A stretch of DNA of 64,000 bases, taken from assembly GCA_965199715.1 (NCBI GenBank), contig OZ241322.1, positions 1,216,001 to 1,280,000 on the forward strand, read 5' to 3'. The position numbers and the translations under genes were made by a program. A model generated the notes under the pieces. It was not told where the DNA came from, made no database searches, and saw only the letters and a program-made list of their open reading frames with translations. Source of the DNA: Vicinamibacteria bacterium. GTDB lineage: Bacteria > Acidobacteriota > Vicinamibacteria > Marinacidobacterales > Marinacidobacteraceae. Within the stretch, counting starts at the first letter, position 1. Each line of letters starts with the position of its first letter. Shown piece by piece: positions 18,683-27,330 of this stretch.

Positions 18683-20248
18683 ATGCGCTACGGACTCGCT
18701 TCGATCTCACTCGCGATCCTCGCCGCCGCCTGCGGCGGGATGGCCGAGGAGGAGCCATTCATGGAGCAGCCCTGCTCCGATGACATGAGCCTCAACGAGT
18801 GCCTCGTGTTCCGGGCGGCCCAGTACGAGCTCGACACCGAGCGGATTCCGCCGCCGGGCGGGATGGACCCGCAGCTCTGGATCGAGCACGAGGCCGCCGG
18901 ATTCGCCAAGGTGCTGTGCTCCGCCGTATTCCTGACCGGCCTCGAGTTCGAGGACGCGCAGGACCAGATCGGCGGGTTCACCTCGCGCTACCAGCACCGG
19001 GACCGGCTCACCGGGCGCGAGATCGACATGGAGAACCAGCGGGTCCACATCACGACCGACACCGGGGTGACCCGCACCGCGGTGCTCCACGGCGACCAGG
19101 GCTGCGTGACGCTGCCGAAGGGCGAGGACGCGCCATTCTACGAGACGGTGCCGGTGACCTCGACGGTGGACGTGGACGACCCGTGGCCGATGGGCGACAT
19201 GCTCCCCGACGAGCCGCTCGCCGAGGACATCGACGGCGAGAAGCTCATGGCGGCAGTGGACGCGGCGTTCGACCCGGACGCGATGACGCTGGCGTTCGTC
19301 GTGCTCCACCGGGGCAAGCTCGTCGCCGAGCGCTACCGGCAGGAGAGCGGGATCACGAAGGACACGCCGCTCGAGAGCTGGTCCATGAACAAGAGCCTTT
19401 CGGCGACGCTCCTCGGACTGCTCATCCACCAGGGCGTGTACGAGCTCGACCAGCTCGCCCCGATCGACAGTTGGCATGAGGATCCCGACGACGTGCGGGG
19501 CACGATCCGGATCCGCGACATCCTGAGCATGGCCAGCGGCCTGCGCTGCATGAACGCGGGCGATCCGGAGTACAGCGAGGCCGAGCACGGCTATCCGGAC
19601 CACCTCTACCTCTACACGGGCACGGTCGATTCCCACATCTGGGCCACCGAGCGCCCGGCGCAGTGGCCGCCGGGAACGATCGGGCGCTACCGCAACTGCG
19701 ATCCGGTGCTGACGAACCACATCGTCCGGCTCGGCGTGGAGGGCCGGAACGAGAACTACCACCAGTTCGCGCAGAAGCACCTGTTCGACAAGATCGGCCA
19801 GTCCCGCTTCGTGGCGGAAGGCGATCCTCACGGCAACTTCCTGCTCAACGGCTACGGCTTCGGCAGCGGGCGCGCCTGGGCGCGGCTCGGCCAGCTCTAC
19901 CTCGACGGCGGCGTGACCCCGGCCGGCGAGCGCATCCTGTCGGAGGAATTCGTTTCGTTCGCCACGTCGGTGGCTCCGCCTTGGCAGGACGACGGACGGC
20001 CCATCTACGGCGGGCTGATCTGGATCAACAACCCGCCCCGGGGCGGCCAGAAGCGCTTCCCGGCCCTGCCGAACAGCACGTACAGCTTCGCTGGCGCGGG
20101 CGGCCAGAGCACGATCATCGTCCCCGAGCACGACATGGTGATCGCCCGCCTCGGCCTGTATCAGGGCTCGCTCGACGGGAGCGCGAACCGCGCGCTGCAA
20201 GACGCGCTCGCCCTGCTCGTGGAGGCGATCCCGAGGTCGTCGGATTGA
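18683..20248 (+). CDS. Serine hydrolase lipoprotein (NylB/beta-lactamase-like)
   Basis: GGAGG RBS; LAAAC lipobox; SWSMNKS, ILSMASG, AGAGGQ. Confidence 0.85.
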   Translation: MRYGLASISLAILAAACGGMAEEEPFMEQPCSDDMSLNECLVFRAAQYELDTERIPPPGGMDPQLWIEHEAAGFAKVLCSAVFLTGLEFEDAQDQIGGFTSRYQHRDRLTGREIDMENQRVHITTDTGVTRTAVLHGDQGCVTLPKGEDAPFYETVPVTSTVDVDDPWPMGDMLPDEPLAEDIDGEKLMAAVDAAFDPDAMTLAFVVLHRGKLVAERYRQESGITKDTPLESWSMNKSLSATLLGLLIHQGVYELDQLAPIDSWHEDPDDVRGTIRIRDILSMASGLRCMNAGDPEYSEAEHGYPDHLYLYTGTVDSHIWATERPAQWPPGTIGRYRNCDPVLTNHIVRLGVEGRNENYHQFAQKHLFDKIGQSRFVAEGDPHGNFLLNGYGFGSGRAWARLGQLYLDGGVTPAGERILSEEFVSFATSVAPPWQDDGRPIYGGLIWINNPPRGGQKRFPALPNSTYSFAGAGGQSTIIVPEHDMVIARLGLYQGSLDGSANRALQDALALLVEAIPRSSD

Positions 20249-21336
20249 TCGCGCTTCTCCTCCTCGCCGCCGGGCAGCCGGCCGCGGAGCCGATCCAGTT
20301 GGAGACGCTCTCGCTTCCGCCGGGCTTCGAGATCTCGATCTGGGGCCGCGCTCCCGGCGCCCGCTCGCTGGCGCGGGGCGAGGAGGGAACGATCTTCGTG
20401 GGCACCCGCAGCGCCCAGGGCAGCGTCTTCGCGCTGCGCGACGGCGACGGCGACGGCGAGGCCGACGAGGTCCACGGGATCGCCGAGGACCTGTTCATGC
20501 CGAACGGGGTGGCGGTGCGGAACGGCTCGCTCTACGTCGCCGAGGTGAACCGGGTGCTCCGCTTCGACGGGATCGAGGCGCGGCTGTCGGATCCGCCCGA
20601 ACCGGTCGTCGTGACCGACGACCTCCCCGACATGCGCCACCACGGCTGGAAGTACCTCAAGTTCGGCCCCGACGGGAAGCTGTGGTTCAACGTCGGCGCG
20701 CCCTGCAACCGGTGCGAGTCGGCGAACCCGCTGTTCGCCTCGATCGCCCGGATGGACGCCGACGGCTCGAACGTCGAACCGGTGGCGCTCGGCGTGCGGA
20801 ACTCGGTCGGCTTCGACTGGCACCCCGAGACCCGGGAGCTGTGGTTCACGGACAACAACGCCGACTGGCTTGGCGACGACAACCCGGCGGGCGAGATGAA
20901 CATCCTCACCGAGCCGGGCCAGCACTTCGGGTATCCCTACTGCCACGCCATCGACAGCGCCGACCCGTGGTTCGAGCGCGCCGGCGCGTGCGACGAGTAC
21001 GAGCCGCCGACGCAGGAGCTCGGGCCGCACGTCGCGGCCATCGGCATGACCTTCTATCGGGGCGACGCCTTCCCCGAGGAGTACCGGGGCCACGCGATCG
21101 TCGCCGAGCACGGCTCGTGGAACCGCACCGAGCGGATCGGCTACCGCCTCACGATCGTCCGCGCCGAAAACGGCGTGGCGACCGGTTACGAGGACTTCGT
21201 GACCGGATGGATCGGCCCGCCGGAGGGCCGCGCCTGGGGACGCCCGGTGGACGTCCTCGAGCTTCCCGACGGCGACATCCTCGTCTCCGACGACCGCGCC
21301 GGCGCGATCTACCGGATTTGGTACTCCGGAGGCTGA
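20245..21336 (+). CDS. PQQ-dependent sugar/sorbosone dehydrogenase family
   Basis: LPPGFEI, HHGWKYLKFGPDG, GAPCN, GVRNSVGFDW, EHGSWNR, GRPVD. Confidence 0.9.
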   Translation: MIALLLLAAGQPAAEPIQLETLSLPPGFEISIWGRAPGARSLARGEEGTIFVGTRSAQGSVFALRDGDGDGEADEVHGIAEDLFMPNGVAVRNGSLYVAEVNRVLRFDGIEARLSDPPEPVVVTDDLPDMRHHGWKYLKFGPDGKLWFNVGAPCNRCESANPLFASIARMDADGSNVEPVALGVRNSVGFDWHPETRELWFTDNNADWLGDDNPAGEMNILTEPGQHFGYPYCHAIDSADPWFERAGACDEYEPPTQELGPHVAAIGMTFYRGDAFPEEYRGHAIVAEHGSWNRTERIGYRLTIVRAENGVATGYEDFVTGWIGPPEGRAWGRPVDVLELPDGDILVSDDRAGAIYRIWYSGG

Positions 21337-23261
21337 CCGCGCTGGCGGCGGTGGCGCTCGCCGCCGTCGCCCCGGCTGAGGAACGCAAGCCCGGCGAGTG
21401 GCCGCACTACGCCGCCGATCTCGCCTCCACCCGCTATTCGCCGCTCGACCAGATCCACCCGGGCAACGTCGGCGATCTGGAGATCATCTGGCGCTGGACC
21501 TCGCGGAACTTCGGGCCTCGGGTGGACAGCAACCTGCGCACGACTCCGATCATGCTGGACGGCGTCCTCTACGTCACCGCCGGCTCGCGCCGGGCCGCGA
21601 TCGCGATCGACGCGGCCACGGGCGAGACGCTCTGGACGTACCGGCTCGACGAGGGCGAGCGCGGCGAGTCGGCGCCCCGGGCCACTTCGGGACGGGGGCT
21701 CGCGTTCTGGAGCGACGGCGAGTCGGCGCGGCTGTTCCTCGTGACTCCGGCGTACCAGATGGTCGCGCTCGACGCCGGCACCGGCAAGGTCGTCCCCGGC
21801 TTCGGGCTCGACGGCATGGTGGACCTGAGGCGCAACCTCGGACGCGAAGTGGATCTGGAGACCGCGAGGATCGGAGCCGGCTCGCCGCCGACCGTGGTCG
21901 GGGACGTGATCGTCGTGGGAGCGGCGCTCGTCAGCGGCAGCGCCCCGCCATCGCCGGAGAACGCTCCCTCGCCGGTGCGGGGGTACGACGCCCGGACCGG
22001 CGAGTTGCTCTGGACGTTCCACACGATCCCGCGGCAGGGCGAGTTCGGCAACGAGACGTGGGGCAACGAGAGCTGGCGCACGACCGGGAACACGGGCGTC
22101 TGGGCGTGGATGAGCGCCGATCCCGAGCTCGGGCTGGTCTTCCTGCCGACCGAAGCCCCGACCGGCGACTACTACGGCGGCCACCGCCCCGGCGACAACC
22201 TCTTCAGCCAGAGCGTCGTGGCGCTCGACGTAAAGACCGGCGAGCGGAAGTGGCACTTCCAGACCGTCCACCATCCGATCTGGGACTACGACCTTCCGAC
22301 CGCGCCGGTGCTGCTGGATCTGGTGGTGGACGGCGAGGAGATCCCGGCGCTCGCGCAGGTCACCAAGCAGGCGTTCACCTTCGTCTTCGACCGGCGCACC
22401 GGGGAGCCGGTCTGGCCCATCGAGGAACGCCCGGTGGCCCCGAGCGACGTGCCCGGCGAGTCCACCGCCCCGACCCAGCCGTTCCCGACCAGGCCGCCTC
22501 CGTTCCAGCGGCAGGGCGTGAGCGAGGCGGACCTGCTCGACCTCACGCCCGAACTGCGGGAGGAGGCCCTCCGCATCGCGTCCTTCTACACGCTCGGGCC
22601 CCTGTTCACGCCGCCCACGGTGATGGAGGAGCGCGGGAACCGGGGCACCCTGACCGTACCCGGCGCGCTCGGCGGGGCGAACTGGCCGAGCGTGGCCGCC
22701 GACCCGGAGACCGGGATTCTCTACGTCTCCACCGGGCTCGACGTGAACGTCCTCGGCCTTGAGCACAACCCCGACCGCTCGACGATGGACTACGTACAGG
22801 GAAGCCGCCGGGCGATCCGGCTCCCCCGGGGCGGCGGCCCGCAGGGGTTGCCGTTGCTGAAGCCGCCGTGGGGGCAGATCACCGCGATCGACCTGCACCG
22901 GGGCGAGATCCTCTGGCAGATCGCGAACAGCGACACGCCCGAATGGGTCCGGGAGCACCCCGCGCTCGAGGGCGTCGAACTCGGCCGCACCGGCCAGCCG
23001 GACCGTGGCGGGCTGCTCGTGACCGGATCGCTGCTCTTCGCCGGGGAGGGCAGCGGGATGTTCGCCGCCTACGGCTCGGGCGGCCCCATGTTCCGCGCCC
23101 ACGACAAGGCCACCGGCGAGATCCTCTGGGAATTCGAGCTGCCGGCGAACCAGTCGGGCACGCCGATGAGCTACCTCGTGAACGGCCGCCAGTTCATCGT
23201 CGTCGCCGTGGGCGCACCCGGCCAGCCGGGCGAGTTCGTGGCGCTGGCGCTTCCCGAGTAG
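21333..23261 (+). CDS. PQQ-binding quinoprotein (glucose/quinate dehydrogenase-like, soluble)
   Basis: RYSPLDQI, SADPELG, HHPIWDYD, PTQP, GGANW, KPPWG, TPMSY; start uncertain (21333 or 21351). Confidence 0.88.
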   Translation: MTALAAVALAAVAPAEERKPGEWPHYAADLASTRYSPLDQIHPGNVGDLEIIWRWTSRNFGPRVDSNLRTTPIMLDGVLYVTAGSRRAAIAIDAATGETLWTYRLDEGERGESAPRATSGRGLAFWSDGESARLFLVTPAYQMVALDAGTGKVVPGFGLDGMVDLRRNLGREVDLETARIGAGSPPTVVGDVIVVGAALVSGSAPPSPENAPSPVRGYDARTGELLWTFHTIPRQGEFGNETWGNESWRTTGNTGVWAWMSADPELGLVFLPTEAPTGDYYGGHRPGDNLFSQSVVALDVKTGERKWHFQTVHHPIWDYDLPTAPVLLDLVVDGEEIPALAQVTKQAFTFVFDRRTGEPVWPIEERPVAPSDVPGESTAPTQPFPTRPPPFQRQGVSEADLLDLTPELREEALRIASFYTLGPLFTPPTVMEERGNRGTLTVPGALGGANWPSVAADPETGILYVSTGLDVNVLGLEHNPDRSTMDYVQGSRRAIRLPRGGGPQGLPLLKPPWGQITAIDLHRGEILWQIANSDTPEWVREHPALEGVELGRTGQPDRGGLLVTGSLLFAGEGSGMFAAYGSGGPMFRAHDKATGEILWEFELPANQSGTPMSYLVNGRQFIVVAVGAPGQPGEFVALALPE

Positions 23262-23651
23262 ATGCAGTTCCTCGCCGTGCACCGCGAGACCGCTTGGGCG
23301 CTGCTGCGCATGGTCGCGGGCTTCGGGTTCCTCTGCCACGGCGTGATCGCAGTCGCGTGGATGCTTGGCGACGGGACCCCGTTCTCCCCGCCGTGGCTCT
23401 ACAACACCGCCGGGATGGTCGAGCTCGTCACCGGGGCGCTGATCCTCGCCGGGTATCAGGTCCGCATCGCGGCCTTCCTCGCGTCGGGCCAAATGGCGGT
23501 CGCCTACTTCTATCGGCACCAACCGGAGGGCTGGCTGCCGATCCAGAACGACGGCGAACTCGCGCTCCTCTACTGCTTCGTGTTCCTGCTGTTCGCCGCC
23601 GGCGGAGCAGGCAAGTGGAGCATCGACGCCTGCTGCGGAGGGAAGCCGTGA
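23262..23651 (+). CDS. DoxX family membrane protein (paralog of 14113-14487)
   Basis: LLRMVAGFGFLCHG, SGQMAVAYF, NDGELALLYCF, GAGKWSID. Confidence 0.88.
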   Translation: MQFLAVHRETAWALLRMVAGFGFLCHGVIAVAWMLGDGTPFSPPWLYNTAGMVELVTGALILAGYQVRIAAFLASGQMAVAYFYRHQPEGWLPIQNDGELALLYCFVFLLFAAGGAGKWSIDACCGGKP

Positions 23652-24211
23652 CCCGGGACGAGGCGTGGGCGCACCTGACGACGTGGTGCGAAACCGAATC
23701 GCTGCGCAAGCACGCCCGGTCGGTGGAGATCGTGATGCGCGCCGCCGCCTCACGCTACGGCGAGCCGGAGGACGACCCGGACGTCTGGGGCGTGGCCGGG
23801 ATGCTCCACGACGCCGACTACGAGAAGTGGCCCGAGGACCATCCGAACCGCATCGTGGCGTGGCTGCGGGAGCGCGGCGAGGAGGAACTGGCGTACGCGA
23901 TCTCCGGCCACTACACGAAATGGAACGTCCCGCTGAAGTCGCAGATGGACAAGGCGCTGCTGGCCTGCGACGAGCTCACGGGATTCATCGTCGCCTGCTG
24001 CCTCGTCCGCCCCGAAGGAGTCGCGACGCTCGGGGCCAAGAGCGTGAAGAAGAAGCTGAAGGACAAGGCGTTCGCCGCGAAGGTGGAGCGCCACGAGTGC
24101 CGCGTCGGCGCGGAGCTTCTCGGCGTGGAGCTCGGCGAGCACATCGAGTTCATCATCGGGGCGCTGCGCCCGCACGCGGAGGAACTGGGGATCACCGGCC
24201 GCAGGCTGTAG
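23648..24211 (+). CDS. HD-domain metal-dependent phosphohydrolase
   Basis: SLRKH, GMLHDADYE, ACDELTGFI, KKKLKDKAFA. Confidence 0.88.
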   Translation: MTRDEAWAHLTTWCETESLRKHARSVEIVMRAAASRYGEPEDDPDVWGVAGMLHDADYEKWPEDHPNRIVAWLRERGEEELAYAISGHYTKWNVPLKSQMDKALLACDELTGFIVACCLVRPEGVATLGAKSVKKKLKDKAFAAKVERHECRVGAELLGVELGEHIEFIIGALRPHAEELGITGRRL

Positions 24212-24233
24212 CTCCGCTGCCGGCGTCGGTCGC

Positions 24234-24527
24234 ATGGGGCAGCGGTGGATCCGCCTTGAGGATTTCAGGGCCAACCCCGGCCAGTGCCCCGCATCGTTGC
24301 CGAGGGGCAAGCCTCGTGATGCGGACGACGGCGCGTCGTATTTCTGGAGTGGTCAGCGCCCGCCTCGGGCGAGACCCGTTGTGAGACTCCCACACTGGGT
24401 TGACTTCGTGAGGTGGAGCCGCGGCCACTACGTGCAGGGAATCTCAGACGAGCGCGGGAACGGGAGAGCGGCGTACCCGGAGGGGCGGACGCACGCGGAC
24501 GGCGCGCCGGGCGAGGACTCGGGCTAG
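24234..24527 (+). CDS. Phd-like antitoxin paralog, type X, internally shortened (possible relic)
   Basis: N-term MGQRWIRLEDFRANPGQC matches 24827; tail DFVRWSRGHYVQGISDE matches the 26079-26450 segment; lacks the central IVLT..VARIVP strands. Confidence 0.55.
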   Translation: MGQRWIRLEDFRANPGQCPASLPRGKPRDADDGASYFWSGQRPPRARPVVRLPHWVDFVRWSRGHYVQGISDERGNGRAAYPEGRTHADGAPGEDSG

Positions 24528-24551
24528 GATCACCGCATGGGAGGTGACGGC

Positions 24552-24809
24552 GTGGCCGAACGGCGGATGAGCGTTCAGGACTTCGAGGCCGATCCGGACA
24601 AGGCTCTCGACGCGGCGAGGAACGGGATCACCGTCCATCTCATGGACGGGGAGCGGCGCGTCGCCCGCGTCGTTCCGATCACCGAGGCGATGCGCGCCGA
24701 TGAGGCCCAAATCACTCCGGGGAATGGCGAGCCGATGGACCCGACTCCACCCGGATTGCGACTGCGAGGCCCGGGCACGAGCCTTGACCTTCTCCGGGAA
24801 TCCCGCTGA
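24552..24809 (+). CDS. Phd/YefM-like antitoxin, type Y
   Basis: GGAGGT RBS before GTG (alternative ATG at 24537); SVQDFEADPDKALDAARNGITVHLMDGERRVARVVP fits the Phd fold pattern. Confidence 0.7.
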   Translation: MAERRMSVQDFEADPDKALDAARNGITVHLMDGERRVARVVPITEAMRADEAQITPGNGEPMDPTPPGLRLRGPGTSLDLLRESR

Positions 24810-24826
24810 CGGGCCGGAGGACAACC

Positions 24827-25093
24827 ATGGCGCAGTGGTGGATCCGAACGGAGGACTTCAAGGCCAACCCGGGTCAGTGCCTGGACGACGTCAGGAGAAG
24901 CCGCACGACGATCGTTTTGACGGAGAACGACGACGCGGATCGCCAGGTCGCCCGCATCGTCCCCGAAGGCAAGGAAGCGGATGCGCGGGAAGGAGCCTTC
25001 CATTGGAGCGGGCGACGGCTAAGGCCGTACACACCCACGGTCCGCTTGCGTGGACCGGGCACGAGCCTGGATCTCCTTCGGGAGGCGCGCTGA
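24827..25093 (+). CDS. Phd/YefM-like antitoxin, type X, coupled to the PIN toxin
   Basis: GGAGG RBS; EDFKANPGQCLDDVRRSRTTIVLT...VARIVP; TGATG overlap with the toxin. Confidence 0.75.
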   Translation: MAQWWIRTEDFKANPGQCLDDVRRSRTTIVLTENDDADRQVARIVPEGKEADAREGAFHWSGRRLRPYTPTVRLRGPGTSLDLLREAR

Positions 25094-25821
25094 TGTCGCT
25101 CCTGTATGCGGATACCAGCGCTCTGTTCAAACGCTACGTGACCGAGAGCGGCTCCAGCGAGGTGGCCGCCAGGATGGCGGCTTCGACGCGTGTCGGAACC
25201 GCCTTGATTACGTGGGCCGAAATCACTGCTGCTTTCGCACGAGCCATACGAACCAGTCGGATGGAACCGCACGAGGCCCGCACCCTCGTGCGAGAGTTTC
25301 GTGTCCACTGGAGCGAGATCGCGACGATCCCGATCACGGGCGACCTCGTGGAACATGCGGCGGCGCTTGCGTGGAAGCACGGGCTGCGCGGATACGACGC
25401 CATCCAGCTCGCGGCGGCGCTCGACTGGCAAGAGACCCTCGTGGAAGCGAACGGGCAAATCACGTTCGCCTCCTTCGACAACGCGCTCCGCCGAGCGGCC
25501 GCGGCCGAGAGACTTGACGTGTGGCCCGAACTCCCGCTCGTCCAGCCGTGGGGGGTCTCGGATGAGTGGAATCCGCTGTTCGCGGAGATGAGCCTCCCGC
25601 TGGAAGACTCTGGACGGCAAACGCTACGTGACTACGGGGCCAGGGACTCGCTCTCGTTGGCATCGGCCGGAATCGCAGACTTCCGGCATCAGGTTCACGT
25701 GGGTGACCCGACCGTACTGCTCGTGGATGCAGAGCGGCCGCCGCCTGCGGGCGGCGAACCAAGGGAGACCCAAGCCAGGCTCCTCGCATGGGAGGTGACG
25801 GCGTGGCCGAACGGTGGATGA
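25093..25821 (+). CDS. vapC: PIN-domain (VapC) toxin with an approximately 95-aa C-terminal extension
   Basis: LYADTSALFKRYVTESGS, WAE, LRGYDAIQLAAA, FASFDNAL. Confidence 0.88.
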   Translation: MSLLYADTSALFKRYVTESGSSEVAARMAASTRVGTALITWAEITAAFARAIRTSRMEPHEARTLVREFRVHWSEIATIPITGDLVEHAAALAWKHGLRGYDAIQLAAALDWQETLVEANGQITFASFDNALRRAAAAERLDVWPELPLVQPWGVSDEWNPLFAEMSLPLEDSGRQTLRDYGARDSLSLASAGIADFRHQVHVGDPTVLLVDAERPPPAGGEPRETQARLLAWEVTAWPNGG

Positions 25822-26450
25822 GCGCTCAGGACTTCGAGGCCGATCCCGACAAGGCCCTCGCCGATGTCAAGGACGGAGTCACGGTCCATCTCATGGACGG
25901 AGATCGGCGGATCGCCCGCGTCGTCCCCGATCAAGGGGGCCATGCGAGCCCACGAGACGGCGGTCACCCCTCGAGCGTGCGGCAGGGCAGATTTGACGGT
26001 ACGCGTCCGGATACCGCAAGGCGCGGGCGACGACCCGGGCCCGACGCTGGAGCCCGGCTGGGGGCCGGGCGATCCAGGATGGCGCTGTGGAAGATCCAAG
26101 CCAAGGACTTCATGGGCGTGCCCGGGAAGTGCGTGAACGCGGTACGGCGGGGCAACGCGGTGGCGATACTGGAGGGGAACCGTGAGATCGCCCGTATCCT
26201 CGCCGAGGACTCCAACGGAGTCGACGACCACGTCGTGAGCTCGTGGAGCGGGCGCCGTCCGCAACCGGGAAGGCCGCCCGTGGCGCGTCTGCGCGGCCCG
26301 CACACGAGCCTCGATTTCGTCAGGTGGAGCCGCGGTCACTACGTCCCGGGAATTTCGGACGAACCCGAGAACGGAGAGGCGGCCGCGGAACGGCCGACGG
26401 GCACTTCCGATTCGGACCCGCCGACTGCGATCGCGGAGCGCAACGGATGA
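25803..26450 (+). CDS. Fused tandem Phd-like domains (type Y plus type X); may be two genes with a lost stop (second ATG about 26079)
   Basis: N-part near-identical to the 24552 gene; C-part MALWKIQAKDFMGVPGKCVNAVRRGNAVAILEGNREIARIL. Confidence 0.65.
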   Translation: MAERWMSAQDFEADPDKALADVKDGVTVHLMDGDRRIARVVPDQGGHASPRDGGHPSSVRQGRFDGTRPDTARRGRRPGPDAGARLGAGRSRMALWKIQAKDFMGVPGKCVNAVRRGNAVAILEGNREIARILAEDSNGVDDHVVSSWSGRRPQPGRPPVARLRGPHTSLDFVRWSRGHYVPGISDEPENGEAAAERPTGTSDSDPPTAIAERNG

Positions 26451-26599
26451 ACCGCCTGTATCTGGACACCAGCGCCGCACTCAACCCGAGCAACCGTGGG
26501 GCGTCTCGGATCCGCACCCGCGTTCGGAACCACTCTCATCCGCGCAAGTGGTCCAACCATGGAACCTCAGCCGGGCCATACGCCACGAACCGGCCCTGA
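26447..26599 (+). pseudogene. Truncated PIN toxin (only the first strand survives)
   Basis: ATGA overlap with the upstream antitoxin; MNRLYLDTSAA, then unrelated sequence. Confidence 0.6.
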
Positions 26600-27330
26600 G
26601 CCCCCATATGCCGCTGGTTGAACGGCAGATCCTCGCCAGTACCGATCTCGAGGACCCGTCCGCCCGCTGCCTCAAGCACCGCGGTTCCGGCGGCGGTGTC
26701 CCATTCGCTCAGCACTGCGAAGCCGGGATAAACGTCCACCGCGCCCTCGGCAACGAGGCAGAGCCGGAACGAACTGCTGAGACGCGAGGTCAAACATCGA
26801 CGACCGGTCCTCTTGAGCGACCGGAGGAATCGCAGCCGGCGATGTTCGTCGTCGTGCCAAGGGCTCACGATCCGCACGACGCCGTCCGTAGTGGAGCGAA
26901 CGCGGATCCGCCGGGGCTCGCCCCCGTGGGCATTCCGGTAGATGGCTCCCGACGGTGCGGCGGCGTAGTACGTGTGCCCGCGGACGGGGTGATGGACTAC
27001 CCCCAGTACCGGCCTTGAGTCCCGGATCAACGCGATGTTGACCGTGAAATCCTCGAATCCGCCCTTGAAGCTCCCGGTGCTGTCGATCGGATCGATCAGC
27101 CAGAAATGATCCCAGCCTTGCCGCACCCGGAAATCCGGCATGGCTCCCTCCTCGGACACGACCGGCAGCCTCGGCTCCAGCCGCTCCAACCCGTGGACGA
27201 GCACTTCGTGCGCCGTCCTGTCCGCCCGGTCGCCGTCGTTCTTCTGGCCCCGCGTCCAGAAATTGAGCACCTCCGCCCCGGCCTCCTCGGCGATGCGGGC
27301 GGCGTCAAGCGCGAGCGGCGACAGATCCAT
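26536..27330 (-). CDS. cysQ: 3'(2'),5'-bisphosphate nucleotidase (inositol monophosphatase family)
   Basis: VSEE, FWLIDPIDST, FTVNIALI, CLVAEGAVDVYP, EWDTAAG. Confidence 0.88.
   Translation of the reverse strand: MDLSPLALDAARIAEEAGAEVLNFWTRGQKNDGDRADRTAHEVLVHGLERLEPRLPVVSEEGAMPDFRVRQGWDHFWLIDPIDSTGSFKGGFEDFTVNIALIRDSRPVLGVVHHPVRGHTYYAAAPSGAIYRNAHGGEPRRIRVRSTTDGVVRIVSPWHDDEHRRLRFLRSLKRTGRRCLTSRLSSSFRLCLVAEGAVDVYPGFAVLSEWDTAAGTAVLEAAGGRVLEIGTGEDLPFNQRHMGAQGRFVAYGPAEVPWLDHLRG

Noticed and set aside
24234-26450. CRISPR array or DGR template/variable repeats
   Set aside because: The repeats are diverged coding duplications without regular spacers or adenine-specific mismatches; no cas or reverse transcriptase gene is in the window
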